Positions 48,249-57,513 of a DNA stretch of 64,000 nt are shown piece by piece. A model generated the notes under the pieces. That model did no database searches and was not told where the DNA came from. It saw only the letters and a list, made by a program, of their open reading frames with translations. The DNA comes from Armatimonadota bacterium (lineage in GTDB: Bacteria; Armatimonadota; Fimbriimonadia; Fimbriimonadales; GBS-DC). The stretch spans positions 177,438 through 241,437 of the forward strand of contig JBBIML010000006.1 of NCBI GenBank assembly GCA_037444405.1. The letters run 5' to 3'. The translations under genes and the position numbers were made by a program. Positions within the stretch are counted from its first letter, which is position 1; every line of letters starts with the position of its first letter.

Positions 48249-49526
48249 ATGATTGACTATCGTCTGATTCGGAGCGAACCAGAGCGGGTGCGCGAGGCTC
48301 TGCGTCAGCGCGGCTACGAGCCATCGATGGTGGATGAATGGCTTGCCGTCGATACACGCTGGCGCGAGCTGACCACGCAGGTGGAGACGCTCACTGCCGA
48401 GCAGAACCGCGTATCGCGCGAGATTCCCCAGCTCAAAAAGGCGGGGCAGGATGTGAGCGGGTTGATTGCCCAGATGCGCGAGCTGGGCGAGCAGATCAAA
48501 CATCTGGAGCAGCAGCGGCGCGAGTTGGAGGACCAGCGCGAGCAGATGCTGCTGATGTTCCCCAACATTCCGCACGAGACCACGCCCATCGGCGCGGATG
48601 CAAGCCACAATGTGGAGGTGCGACGCGGCGGGGCGCCGCACCCGATGGAGTTCGAACCGTGCCCGCACTGGGAAATCGCCGAGCGACTGGGGCTAATCGA
48701 CTTCGAGCGCGGCGCCAGAATCAGCGGCAGCGGCTTTCATGTCTACACGGGGCTGGGCGCCCGCCTCGAACGCGCCCTTATCAACTTCATGCTTGACCTG
48801 CACACGCGCGAGCATGGCTACACGGAGGTTTTCCCACCCTTTCTGGTGCGCCCCGAAGTGATGCAGGGCACGGGGCAACTGCCCAAGTTCGCCGAGGAGA
48901 TGTATCGCTGTGCCGATGACCCGCTCTATCTGATCCCGACCGCCGAAGTGCCCGTGACGAACCTCTATCGCGACGAGATTCTGAGCGCGGAGCAGCTGCC
49001 CATCAATCTGGTTGCCTATTCACCCTGCTTTCGGCGCGAGGCAGGCGCGGCGGGACGCCTCACGCGCGGACTGCTGCGCGTGCATCAGTTCAATAAGGTG
49101 GAGCTGGTTAAATTCACCACGCCTGAAACCTCTTATGTCGAGCATGAGCGCCTGCTGCGCGATGCCGAGACGGTGCTGCAACGGCTGGAGCTACCCTATC
49201 GCATTATGCTCCTCTGCACGGGCGATCTGGGCTTCGCCGCCGCCAAATGCTACGATTTAGAGGTCTGGTCGCCTGGTGTCCAGCAGTGGCTGGAGGTGTC
49301 GTCGTGCAGCAACTTTGAGGATTTTCAGGCGCGGCGGGCGAACATTCGGTTCCGTCGGGAGCCGACCGCGAAGCCCGAATATGTGCATACGCTGAACGCT
49401 TCGGGCGTGGCGACCGCCCGCCTGATGGCGGCGCTGTTAGAGAACTACCAGCAGGCAGACGGCAGCGTGCTAATCCCCCTTGCCCTCCGCCCCTACATGG
49501 ACGGGCTGGAGCGAATAACCCCATAA
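48249..49526 (+). CDS. serS: Seryl-tRNA synthetase.
   Basis: [12 protein letters not shown] start, coiled-coil arm, and class II motifs ([22 protein letters not shown]). Confidence 0.95.
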   Translation: MIDYRLIRSEPERVREALRQRGYEPSMVDEWLAVDTRWRELTTQVETLTAEQNRVSREIPQLKKAGQDVSGLIAQMRELGEQIKHLEQQRRELEDQREQMLLMFPNIPHETTPIGADASHNVEVRRGGAPHPMEFEPCPHWEIAERLGLIDFERGARISGSGFHVYTGLGARLERALINFMLDLHTREHGYTEVFPPFLVRPEVMQGTGQLPKFAEEMYRCADDPLYLIPTAEVPVTNLYRDEILSAEQLPINLVAYSPCFRREAGAAGRLTRGLLRVHQFNKVELVKFTTPETSYVEHERLLRDAETVLQRLELPYRIMLLCTGDLGFAAAKCYDLEVWSPGVQQWLEVSSCSNFEDFQARRANIRFRREPTAKPEYVHTLNASGVATARLMAALLENYQQADGSVLIPLALRPYMDGLERITP

Positions 49527-49662
49527 TCGCGTGGTTTTTGCCCAAAATCCCGTATTTTTGCGGGGCGCCCCTGTCCGCTTTTGGACGGCTTTCGAGTCAA
49601 TAATAGATGGGACGCCCTGCAGGGCGATTCCCCCACTCTAACGACGAGGAGGTTCGACCGAT

Positions 49663-50823
49663 ATGAAGGGAGCCTGTATGATGAGCAATCGCATGGCAAT
49701 CGCGTTGCTGCTGGTGGGAGCGTTTGCCATCGCCAGCGCGCAGCAACTGGTGCATCATCGCAGCTTCAATCTTGTGCCGCTTTTCCCCAGCGGTCAAGCG
49801 GCGGGTGATGTGGTGTTCGATGGCACAAGTGTCTATGTCAGCACCTGGCATAGCAGTAGCGGCACGCAGACCGTCTCGCTGGTGCGGCTGGGAAGCTTGA
49901 GCAGCCTGCTGGGCACACCCAGTGGTGACTGGACAACTTTTGACTGGCGCGTCGATTTAACGCAGGCGGGCGGCTCCCGCGATACACGGATTGTGTATCA
50001 CAACGGCTGGCTCTACTGGGGCGCAGGGCTGGGCGATTCAAACGCGGCCAACACGGGTATCCGCCGGTACGACCTCAGCGGCAATCTGGACACCAGCTGG
50101 TCCGGCGATGGCAACCTTTCCCTGACTGACGCAGGTGTTTCCCGCTACGACACCATCGATATCGATCCTGGCGCTGGTGGAGGTGCAACACTGGCAGTGG
50201 GTGTGTTCGGCTCCACCATCGTGCGCCGCTTCAGCCTGATCGACGGCTCCAACGCGGGCAACTCCAGCCCTGTTGGCGGTCAGACATCCACCCGCGATTA
50301 CGCTTTCGCCCCGAACGGCGACCTCTACATCCGCACGCAGGGTCGGGTCTCAAAGGCGACCCGTGTGAACGATACCACTTTCAACGCCCCTGTTGATCTC
50401 GCCACCTGGAGCGAGGGCTCGCTGGCACAGGCGTTTGTCGCCTATATCCCCATCTCCACCGAGTTCTACAGCGGCTTTCCCGATTATGTGCTGTATAACC
50501 AGCGCGTGTCGGGGCAGAACAAGGTGTTCATTATTCAGCCTGATGGAACCGTTGTTGGTGAGCTGACCGGACTGGAGGACACCACCGATGACGAGGACTT
50601 CGGTACAGACTTCACCGAGGTCGCCTTCGATAACACCCTGCTGAACGCCAGCTGGGGTAAGACCGCGGATGGACGGATGTTCATCTTTGTGGTGAAGGGC
50701 GGCACAGGGGCGGCTGCTTTTGGTGACCGTCTCGACATCTACGAGGTGGTGCCGGAGCCGGCGAGCCTGCTGGCGCTGGGCGTCGGGCTGGTCGGGCTGA
50801 TGCGCCTGCGCCGTCGCACATAA
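49663..50823 (+). CDS. Secreted PEP-CTERM protein (beta-propeller-like body).
   Basis: Signal peptide and SD gaggagg. The C-terminus VVPEPASLLALGVGLVGLMRLRRRT is a classic PEP-CTERM sorting tag. Confidence 0.75.
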   Translation: MKGACMMSNRMAIALLLVGAFAIASAQQLVHHRSFNLVPLFPSGQAAGDVVFDGTSVYVSTWHSSSGTQTVSLVRLGSLSSLLGTPSGDWTTFDWRVDLTQAGGSRDTRIVYHNGWLYWGAGLGDSNAANTGIRRYDLSGNLDTSWSGDGNLSLTDAGVSRYDTIDIDPGAGGGATLAVGVFGSTIVRRFSLIDGSNAGNSSPVGGQTSTRDYAFAPNGDLYIRTQGRVSKATRVNDTTFNAPVDLATWSEGSLAQAFVAYIPISTEFYSGFPDYVLYNQRVSGQNKVFIIQPDGTVVGELTGLEDTTDDEDFGTDFTEVAFDNTLLNASWGKTADGRMFIFVVKGGTGAAAFGDRLDIYEVVPEPASLLALGVGLVGLMRLRRRT

Positions 50824-50874
50824 TCGCACCCTGCCCTCCTCTCTCCAGCCGAGCTCGAGTCAGCGGAAAAAAAA

Positions 50875-50899
50875 ACCCTCTCCCCCACTGGGGGAGAGG
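50875..50899. repeat. REP-like element, minimal core copy c.
   Basis: ccctctcccc-cact-ggggagaggg is a perfect 10-bp stem preceded by an A-run, downstream of the PEP-CTERM gene. Confidence 0.5.
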
Positions 50900-51163
50900 G
50901 ATGCATCGCTCTAAAGTAAGGCGGGGATGAGATAGGAGCCTTTCGCCTGTGGGTCGTGGATGGCGAGGAAGATGTAGAACATTTCGTCGTAGGTGCGTTC
51001 GCCGTAGCGCACCTCGCGTGGCGGGTTGCTCGGATTGTTCGGGTTGTCTGACGAGTTGTCGTACCAGCAAGGGTCTTTCCTCTTGCATTCGCGGTCAGCA
51101 GGTGGGTAAAATAAAGTGGAGTGGCAAGCCTGTGCCGGCGGGCTTGCTGCGCAGGCACGCAGG

Positions 51164-52258
51164 ATGGAACAGATTGGTGTCGGGATTATCGGGGCGGGCG
51201 GTATAGCCAGCGCCCATGCCAAAGCCTATGCGCAACTGGCGCCCGAGGTGCAGATAGTGGGCGTTGCCGATATTGACGAGGATCGGGCGCGGGCGCTGGC
51301 GATGCGCTATCAGGTGCCGCTCTGGACGACCGAAGCGGAGGACCTGCTGCGCAACGACGAGATTCAGATTGTGAGTATTTGCACACCGCACCACCTGCAC
51401 GCGCCGATAGCAATTGCCGCGATGGAGGCGGGCAAGCATGTGCTGGTGGAGAAGCCGATGGCGGTCAGCCTCGATGAAGCCGACACAATGATTGCCACTG
51501 CGCGGCGCACCCGACGCCTGCTCAGCGCCATCTTCCAGCTGCGTTATGAGGCGGACACGCGCCGCGCCAGGCTGGTGCTGGAACGCGGGCTGATTGGCAA
51601 TCCGTTCTATGCGGAGGTCAGCTGCCTCTGGTGGCGGCGACCCGTCTACTACGAAGTGAGCTGGCGCGGACGCTGGTCAACCGAAGGGGGCGGCGCCGTC
51701 ATCAATCAAGCCTCGCACCATGTCGATATGCTGGTGCATCTGCTGGGGCTGCCCAACAGCGTGCAGGCGACCATCGACACCGTCGCCCACGACATCGAAG
51801 TGGAAGACTGGTGCATGGCAAGCCTGTACTGGGAGCGCCCTGCCCGCTATGCCAGCTTCTGCGCCTCCACCGCCGCCGAGCTGGAGATGGATGTGAGTCG
51901 CATCCTGATTCTGGGCACGCAGGGCAGTATCCAGATGTTTCCGTTCCGTCCCCATTCACGGGACGAAGCGCAATTGACCGCCATAGCGGAAGCGTGCCGC
52001 GAAATCGAAGAACCCGCCTACCCGGGGCACGCGGCACAGATTCATGACTTCGTGCGATGCGTGCGAGAGGGCACCCAGCCACCCGTGAGCGGCGAGGAGG
52101 GACGCCTCTCGCTGGAGCTGATCAGCGCCATCTACCAGTCGGCGTTCACGGGCGAACCTGTCAAACTACCTCTCACCCCCGCCGACCCGTGCTACACCAC
52201 CGCCGGTAAACTGGAGATGGCACGCGCCTACATCGCACGCCGAGCGGAGCGAACCTGA
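51164..52258 (+). CDS. Gfo/Idh/MocA family oxidoreductase.
   Basis: MEQIGVGIIGAGGIASAHAKAY Rossmann N-terminus and an EKP motif (VLVEKPMA). Confidence 0.85.
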   Translation: MEQIGVGIIGAGGIASAHAKAYAQLAPEVQIVGVADIDEDRARALAMRYQVPLWTTEAEDLLRNDEIQIVSICTPHHLHAPIAIAAMEAGKHVLVEKPMAVSLDEADTMIATARRTRRLLSAIFQLRYEADTRRARLVLERGLIGNPFYAEVSCLWWRRPVYYEVSWRGRWSTEGGGAVINQASHHVDMLVHLLGLPNSVQATIDTVAHDIEVEDWCMASLYWERPARYASFCASTAAELEMDVSRILILGTQGSIQMFPFRPHSRDEAQLTAIAEACREIEEPAYPGHAAQIHDFVRCVREGTQPPVSGEEGRLSLELISAIYQSAFTGEPVKLPLTPADPCYTTAGKLEMARAYIARRAERT

Positions 52259-52274
52259 AGCAGGAGGGAGAACG

Positions 52275-52865
52275 ATGGAACCATATAAATCCCCTGTCCG
52301 AGTGTTAATCGCAGAGGATGAAGAGCTGACACGGTTGATGGTCAAGACCCAGCTGGAGCAGCTGGGCTATGAAGTGGTGGGCGAAGCCGAAACGGGTGAG
52401 GATGCCGTACGGGTCGCCCAGCAAACCCTGCCCGATGTGGTGGTGATGGATATCCGCATGCCGATTATGGACGGCATCGAGGCAGCGCGCCAGATCGTGC
52501 AGCAGCATCCGTGCGCGATTGTGTTCCTGACCGCCTATGCGGAAGAGGAACTGGTCAACCAGGCGACTGCTGCCGGCGCCTATGCCTATCTGCTCAAACC
52601 GTTCCGCAAGCAGGAGCTGGCGCCCGCCATCAATGTCACGCTCACCCGATTCCGCGAGATGCAGAGCAAAGATAAGGAGGTGCAGGAACTCAAAGAGGCG
52701 CTCGAAACGCGCAAGTTGATCGAGCGCGCCAAAGGCATCCTGATGGATCGGCTGGGATTGAGCGAATCGGAGGCGTTCCGACGCATCCACTTTATGGCAC
52801 GCAATCAGAATAAGACGATGAAGGAGATTGCGCAGAGCATCATCACGGCAGCGGAAATCCTGTAG
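52275..52865 (+). CDS. Response regulator with an ANTAR RNA-binding output domain.
   Basis: REC domain (VLIAEDE...DVVVMDIRMP...KP) followed by ANTAR (LETRKLIERAKGILMDRLGLSESEAFRRIHFMARNQNKTMKEIA). No kinase gene is adjacent. Confidence 0.85.
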   Translation: MEPYKSPVRVLIAEDEELTRLMVKTQLEQLGYEVVGEAETGEDAVRVAQQTLPDVVVMDIRMPIMDGIEAARQIVQQHPCAIVFLTAYAEEELVNQATAAGAYAYLLKPFRKQELAPAINVTLTRFREMQSKDKEVQELKEALETRKLIERAKGILMDRLGLSESEAFRRIHFMARNQNKTMKEIAQSIITAAEIL

Positions 52866-52873
52866 GGGTCGCC

Positions 52874-53470
52874 GTGCAGTGGGTGCTGGCTTCTGAGTCG
52901 CCGCGGCGGCAGGCTCTGTTGCGCTTGCTGGGGCAGCCGTTCGAAATCCATCCTGCCCGCATTGAGGAGCGGCTGCCCTCTATTACAACGCGCCCCGCGC
53001 GATTGGCGAAGCGGCTGGCTCGCGCCAAAGCCGAAGCGGTCGCCCCTGCCTACACCGACGCGCTCATCATCGCCGCCGACACGCTGGTGGTGCTGGACCA
53101 GCAGGTGCTGGGTAAGCCGCAAACCGCCGACGAAGCGCGCCAGATGCTGCGCCTGCTCTCCGGACGCACCCACACCGTCATCACCGCGCTCTGCCTGCTC
53201 CTGCGTCAGCAGGGGCGTACCACACGCCTCACCCTCGACGCCCCGCGCACGCGCGTCACCTTCCGAACCCTCACCGCTGAATGGATCGAATGGTACATCG
53301 GCACGGGCGAGCCGTTCGATAAAGCGGGCGCATACGGCATTCAGGAGTACGGCGCGCTGCTGGTGGAGCGTGTGCAGGGTGACTACTTCAATGTGGTCGG
53401 CTTACCTCTGCCCACCCTCATCCAGCGCCTCGAAACGCTCATCGGCTGGCAACCCATCAAAAACCCGTAA
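52874..53470 (+). CDS. maf: Maf-family nucleoside triphosphate pyrophosphatase.
   Basis: LASESPRRQALL, IIAADTLVVLD...LGKP and KAGAYGIQ motifs. Confidence 0.85.
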   Translation: MQWVLASESPRRQALLRLLGQPFEIHPARIEERLPSITTRPARLAKRLARAKAEAVAPAYTDALIIAADTLVVLDQQVLGKPQTADEARQMLRLLSGRTHTVITALCLLLRQQGRTTRLTLDAPRTRVTFRTLTAEWIEWYIGTGEPFDKAGAYGIQEYGALLVERVQGDYFNVVGLPLPTLIQRLETLIGWQPIKNP

Positions 53471-53569
53471 AATCACAAGCCTCATCTCCCCCACCAAATC
53501 GGCTATAATAGAGCTGAAACCTGCTGGAGCGACCGTCGGTCGAATCGACACGAAACGGAGGCGAACCGT

Positions 53570-54427
53570 ATGCGAACAAAGGCACTCTGGAGTCTGGCAT
53601 TGACCGTGAGCCTCGCCTGCCTGCAGGCGCAGGTGCTGTATCAGACGGGCTTTGAGAACCCGCCCTTCGTGCCCGGCGATATTTTGAGTCAGGACGGCTG
53701 GGATGAGTACCATATCGGCGTGCCGAATCTTGGGCAAATCAGCACCGAACGCGCCTTCTCCGGTCTGCAGTCGCTCAAGATTACCCCTGTGAGCGGCGGC
53801 GCCAACAGCTGGTGGTGGAAACCGATCAACTACAACACCAGTACCAACCCCAATAAGATTATCGTCGTTCGCTGGGACATGTATCTCACTGCCAGCAGCC
53901 GACAGGGGCAGTATGGCATCGATGTCTATTCGGGGATTGTTGAGCGTGTGTGCGCCCTCTTCGTGGATCCCAACAGTGAAGTGGTGCTGATCCGCTATGC
54001 CAACGGCGTTGCGGAGGAACTGTATCGGACGGGGGTTTTTGTGCCGCGCGATCGCTGGAACCGATACCGCCTTGTGATCAACTACAACACGGGCAACTTC
54101 CAGGCGTTCGTGAACGGTCAGCTGGTGGGTAGTGGGCGTATTCACAACGCTGCGGGCGCCGTTTTTGGCGACGCCGATGTGTGGCACTTCAACTTCGGCA
54201 GCGACTCGAACGACTCGGCGTTCTATGACAATCTCTCCATCGCGGCGGTCGCCCGATCCGATCAGGAGGGTGATGTCGATGGCAACGGCTGCGTGGACGA
54301 TAGTGACCTGCTCGCGGTGCTGTTCGCGTTTGGCAGCAGCGACCCTACTGCCGACCTCAACGACGACGGCATCGTGGACGACGCCGATTTGCTGACCGTG
54401 TTATTCAACTTTGGAGGCGGCTGTTAG
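53570..54427 (+). CDS. Secreted protein (LamG/lectin-like body) with a C-terminal Cys-terminated dockerin-like module.
   Basis: Signal peptide [22 protein letters not shown]-terminus [21 protein letters not shown]...[24 protein letters not shown]. Confidence 0.75.
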   Translation: MRTKALWSLALTVSLACLQAQVLYQTGFENPPFVPGDILSQDGWDEYHIGVPNLGQISTERAFSGLQSLKITPVSGGANSWWWKPINYNTSTNPNKIIVVRWDMYLTASSRQGQYGIDVYSGIVERVCALFVDPNSEVVLIRYANGVAEELYRTGVFVPRDRWNRYRLVINYNTGNFQAFVNGQLVGSGRIHNAAGAVFGDADVWHFNFGSDSNDSAFYDNLSIAAVARSDQEGDVDGNGCVDDSDLLAVLFAFGSSDPTADLNDDGIVDDADLLTVLFNFGGGC

Positions 54428-54448
54428 CCCTTCACTCCCCCGAACCCC

Positions 54449-54476
54449 TTGACTTTTGCCGAAAGTGGGGTATAAT
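54449..54476 (+). promoter_or_regulatory. Sigma-70-type promoter driving the leader upstream of the HNH gene.
   Basis: CCTTGACT (-35 at 54449-54454), a 16-nt spacer, then TATAAT (54471-54476) followed by AGGG. Confidence 0.5.
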
Positions 54477-54482
54477 AGGGTG

Positions 54483-54632
54483 TGATGCGGGAAGCCTATA
54501 CGGTTCGTTTTGGTTCGACACGCTGGAGCACAGGCTCCTGGTTTGGCATGCGCAGCCGGTACCGCAAGCGGCTGCTGCCGCCATACCGGGGGAGCCTGCG
54601 CCTGTGCTGGCGTGCGGCTCCCCGTTTTTATT
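54483..54632 (+). ncRNA. Candidate structured 5' leader or small RNA ending in an intrinsic terminator. It alternatively encodes a 49-codon Arg/Trp-rich ORF at 54485-54634.
   Basis: Hairpins ggagc-acag-gctcc and gcagccg...cggctgc. Terminator ggggagcc...ggctcccc plus ttttt at 54588-54630. The HNH SD (aggagg, 54636) follows immediately. Confidence 0.3.
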
Positions 54633-54651
54633 AGCAGGAGGTCGCCAGCAG

Positions 54652-55191
54652 ATGGGTGAGGTACTGGTGCTGAATCAGAACTTTGAGCCGTTGAACCTTT
54701 GCTCGATGCGCCGCGCGGTGAATATGGTGCTGGCGGGCAAGGCGGAGGTGGTGCGCACAAACGGGCACCTCATCCGCACGGTCAACGGCGGTTTCGAGGC
54801 GCCGTCGGTGGTGCGCCTGCGCTACCTGATTAAGCGTCCGCTGCCGCAGGTGCGCATCAGCCGCCGCGCCATCCTGGCGCGCGACCGCTACACCTGTCAG
54901 TATTGCGGTCATGTCTCGCGCGATTTGACGGTGGACCATGTGATCCCGCGCCGTCTGGGGGGCGGCGATACATGGGAGAACCTGGTCGCCTGCTGCCGCC
55001 GGTGCAACCATCTCAAGGGCGACCGCACGCCGCATCAGGCGGGCATGAAACTGATTCGCAAGCCGCGCCGCCCGAACTTCGTGCCCTACCTGAGCCTCAC
55101 CCAGTATGTGAAGGCAATCTCGCGGGAAGCGTGGCGCGAGTTCCTGCCCCTCTACGAGGACTTCGCCACAACGGAAGCCGAAGCCGATTGA
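54652..55191 (+). CDS. HNH endonuclease family protein (about 180 aa, stand-alone).
   Basis: [11 protein letters not shown]...[33 protein letters not shown] is an HNH/McrA-type motif. The ATG at 54652 has a good SD. Confidence 0.8.
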   Translation: MGEVLVLNQNFEPLNLCSMRRAVNMVLAGKAEVVRTNGHLIRTVNGGFEAPSVVRLRYLIKRPLPQVRISRRAILARDRYTCQYCGHVSRDLTVDHVIPRRLGGGDTWENLVACCRRCNHLKGDRTPHQAGMKLIRKPRRPNFVPYLSLTQYVKAISREAWREFLPLYEDFATTEAEAD

Positions 55192-55296
55192 TCCCCGACA
55201 CTTGTAGAGGATTCTGTTAAGCGCCAGCGGGAGAGGGGGGCATCTTTCAGCCCCCCATCCCCTTGCTGACGGGTGGTTGGGCAGGAGGCAGAAGTT

Positions 55297-55641
55297 TTAC
55301 TTGCCACGCGGCATCACTTGAATATCTTCGGGCTTCAAGCCGGTGATGCCACCATCACCTGCTACCCAGCCGCCTTTGCACTCGTGGCAGACTGGCTTGC
55401 CCTGCTCGGCATTATCGCCACAGGGGCAGGCACCCATCGCAATCATGCACTGATCGCACGGATGCTTCAGGCAGCAGTTGTAAGTTCCCTTCTGGATCGC
55501 TCGCTTCTTTTCGGCGGCGACGGTTGACACCGCTCGTTTGACCGCTGGCGAGCGCATATCCTTCATCTGGGCAACCACAATCGCCAGAATGCCTGCCAGC
55601 ACAATCGCCATAGCTCCGATAATCAGCCTTGTGTAGCGCAT
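55297..55641 (-). CDS. Small membrane-anchored Cys-rich protein (hypothetical).
   Basis: N-terminal TM IIGAMAIVLAGILAIVVA. The soluble part holds 9 Cys in CC..HPCDQC....GACPCG.......CHEC spacing. Confidence 0.6.
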   Translation of the reverse strand: MRYTRLIIGAMAIVLAGILAIVVAQMKDMRSPAVKRAVSTVAAEKKRAIQKGTYNCCLKHPCDQCMIAMGACPCGDNAEQGKPVCHECKGGWVAGDGGITGLKPEDIQVMPRGK

Positions 55642-55690
55642 CGTTTCCTCCTGTGCGGGAGAGAACGAACGAGCAGGGTTGCGGGTTCCA

Positions 55691-56557
55691 TTAGGTGGCT
55701 TTCAGCGTGCGCGCGGTCTCTTCGGCGAGGCGCATCCAGTCCTGCAGGCGGAGTTCTTCGGCGCGGGCAGAGACGGGAATGCCCGCCCGACGCAGAAGCG
55801 CGGCAGCACGGTCGGCGTCATCGAACAGGGTGGCGAGCGCGTTGCGCAGGGTCTTGCGCCGTTTGCCGAACCCTGCTCGCACCAGCCTGAAAAACCAGCG
55901 CTGCTCAACGGGCGGCAGGCGGTCGGGCACAGGAGTGAGGCGCACAATCGCGGAGTCCACCTCCGGCTGCGGATAGAACGCGCTCGCGGGCACGCGACCC
56001 AGATACTCCACCTCCGCATGGTACTGTGCGAACAGCGACAGCGCGCCATACGCCGAGCCACCGGGCTGGGCGACCAGCCGCTCCGCCACCTCCTTCTGCA
56101 CCGTCAGCACCAGCAGCGGCAGATAAGCTTTGGCGGAGAGCAGATGCTCCAGCAGCGGCGAGGTGATGGCGTAGGGGATGTTTGCCACCACTTTCGCCGT
56201 CTCCTCGCCCCGCAACAGCTCCGGCACGGGCAGGCTCAACACATTCGCCTGAATCAGGGTGATGTTGGTCAGACCCTGCTGGTTGATGAGGTTGTCCAGG
56301 ATTGCCACGAGTCGGGCGTCCACCTCGACGGCAATCACGCGGCGGGCGCGCTCCGCCAGCATGAAGGTGAGTGCGCCCAGCCCCGCGCCCACCTCCAGCA
56401 CGGCGTCGGTCGGCTCCAGCCGCGCCGCCTCCACCACACGCGCCGCCACACGCCGATCGGTCAGAAAGTTCTGACCCCACCCTTTAGAAGGGCGGACGCC
56501 GTACTCTGTCAGCCAGGCGCGGATCTGGCGCACCGAAAAGGGATTAATCGCCGCCAT
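55691..56557 (-). CDS. rsmA: 16S rRNA (adenine1518/1519-N6)-dimethyltransferase.
   Basis: GQNFLTD, LEVGAGLGALT and ANIPYAITSPLL motifs. The internal ATG at 56557 is preferred to the track start at 56620. Confidence 0.9.
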   Translation of the reverse strand: MAAINPFSVRQIRAWLTEYGVRPSKGWGQNFLTDRRVAARVVEAARLEPTDAVLEVGAGLGALTFMLAERARRVIAVEVDARLVAILDNLINQQGLTNITLIQANVLSLPVPELLRGEETAKVVANIPYAITSPLLEHLLSAKAYLPLLVLTVQKEVAERLVAQPGGSAYGALSLFAQYHAEVEYLGRVPASAFYPQPEVDSAIVRLTPVPDRLPPVEQRWFFRLVRAGFGKRRKTLRNALATLFDDADRAAALLRRAGIPVSARAEELRLQDWMRLAEETARTLKAT

Positions 56558-56576
56558 CGGGTACACTCTTGCCCGT

Positions 56577-57440
56577 ATGAGCATACCTGAAAGCGCACGG
56601 TGGCAGGCAGAGACCCTCATTCAGGCACTGCCTTACATTCAGAAGTGGCGCGGCGCCATCTTCGTCATTAAGTACGGCGGCGCGGCGATGGTGGACGACC
56701 AGCTCGCCCAGTCGGTGATGCAGGATGTGGTGCTGATGCACTGCGTGGGCATCCAGCCCGTGGTGGTGCATGGGGGCGGTCCCGAAGTCTCCGAGGCGAT
56801 GAAGCGGCTGGGCAAGCAGCCGACCTTTGTGCAGGGACTGCGCGTGACCGACGCCGAGACGATGGAGATTGTGGAGATGGTGCTGACGGGCAAGACCAAT
56901 CGGCGACTGGTGGCGGCGATCCATCAGCAGGGCGGGCAGGCAGTGGGCGTCTCCGGCAAGGATGGCAACCTGCTGATGGCGCACAAGCTGGAAGGCGAGC
57001 CGGATCTGGGCTTCGTGGGCGAGGTGGAGCAGGTGAACCCCGCTGTGCTGCACGCGCTGCTGCAAGCGGGCTACATCCCGGTGGTCAGCCCGATAGGGGT
57101 CGGGCGCGACGGCGCGAGCTACAACCTGAACGCCGACCATGTGGCGGGCGTGCTGGCAGCCGCGCTCGGCGCCACGAAGCTGCTGCTGCTCACCGATGTG
57201 CCCGGCGTCTTAAGCGACCCCGAGAACCCCGATTCGCTGATCTCGGAGCTGAGCCGCGAGCAGGTACAGCGCATGCTGGAAGCGGGACGCATCAGCGGTG
57301 GGATGATCCCCAAACTGCAGGCGTGCCTCGTCGCGCTGGAGGGCGGCGTGCCCCGCGCTCACATCCTGGACGGACGAATACCCCACGCCCTGCTTATCGA
57401 AGTGTTCACCGACGCGGGAATCGGCACGATGGTGCGCTGA
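56577..57440 (+). CDS. argB: Acetylglutamate kinase.
   Basis: LIQALPYIQKWRGAIFVIKYGGAAM, VVVHGGGP and NLNADHVAG motifs. Confidence 0.9.
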   Translation: MSIPESARWQAETLIQALPYIQKWRGAIFVIKYGGAAMVDDQLAQSVMQDVVLMHCVGIQPVVVHGGGPEVSEAMKRLGKQPTFVQGLRVTDAETMEIVEMVLTGKTNRRLVAAIHQQGGQAVGVSGKDGNLLMAHKLEGEPDLGFVGEVEQVNPAVLHALLQAGYIPVVSPIGVGRDGASYNLNADHVAGVLAAALGATKLLLLTDVPGVLSDPENPDSLISELSREQVQRMLEAGRISGGMIPKLQACLVALEGGVPRAHILDGRIPHALLIEVFTDAGIGTMVR

Positions 57441-57455
57441 AACCCCCCTGACTCC

Positions 57456-57483
57456 TTGACAATCGCGCGAAATGTGCTATAAT
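57456..57483 (+). promoter_or_regulatory. Sigma-70-type promoter with an extended -10.
   Basis: CCTTGACA (-35 at 57456-57461), a 16-nt spacer, then TGcTATAAT (-10 at 57478-57483) followed by AGAG. It lies 30 nt upstream of the ATG at 57514. Confidence 0.55.
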
Positions 57484-57513
57484 AGAGTATCTTTCCGACG
57501 GAGGTAGACAAGC

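Noticed and set aside
54483-54632. Leader as a target of the ANTAR response regulator encoded at 52275..52865.
   Set aside because: I looked for the dual small hairpins with hexaloops (A at position 1, G at position 4) overlapping the terminator. I found only tetraloop or non-matching loops (ACAG, CAAG, UGUGCU), so there is no convincing ANTAR site.
54483-55191. HEARO/omega-RNA plus IscB-type system, because a structured RNA sits next to an HNH gene.
   Set aside because: The HNH protein is only about 180 aa and has no RuvC-like or bridge-helix regions. The RNA is 5' of the gene and much shorter than HEARO RNAs, and no transposon ends are visible.
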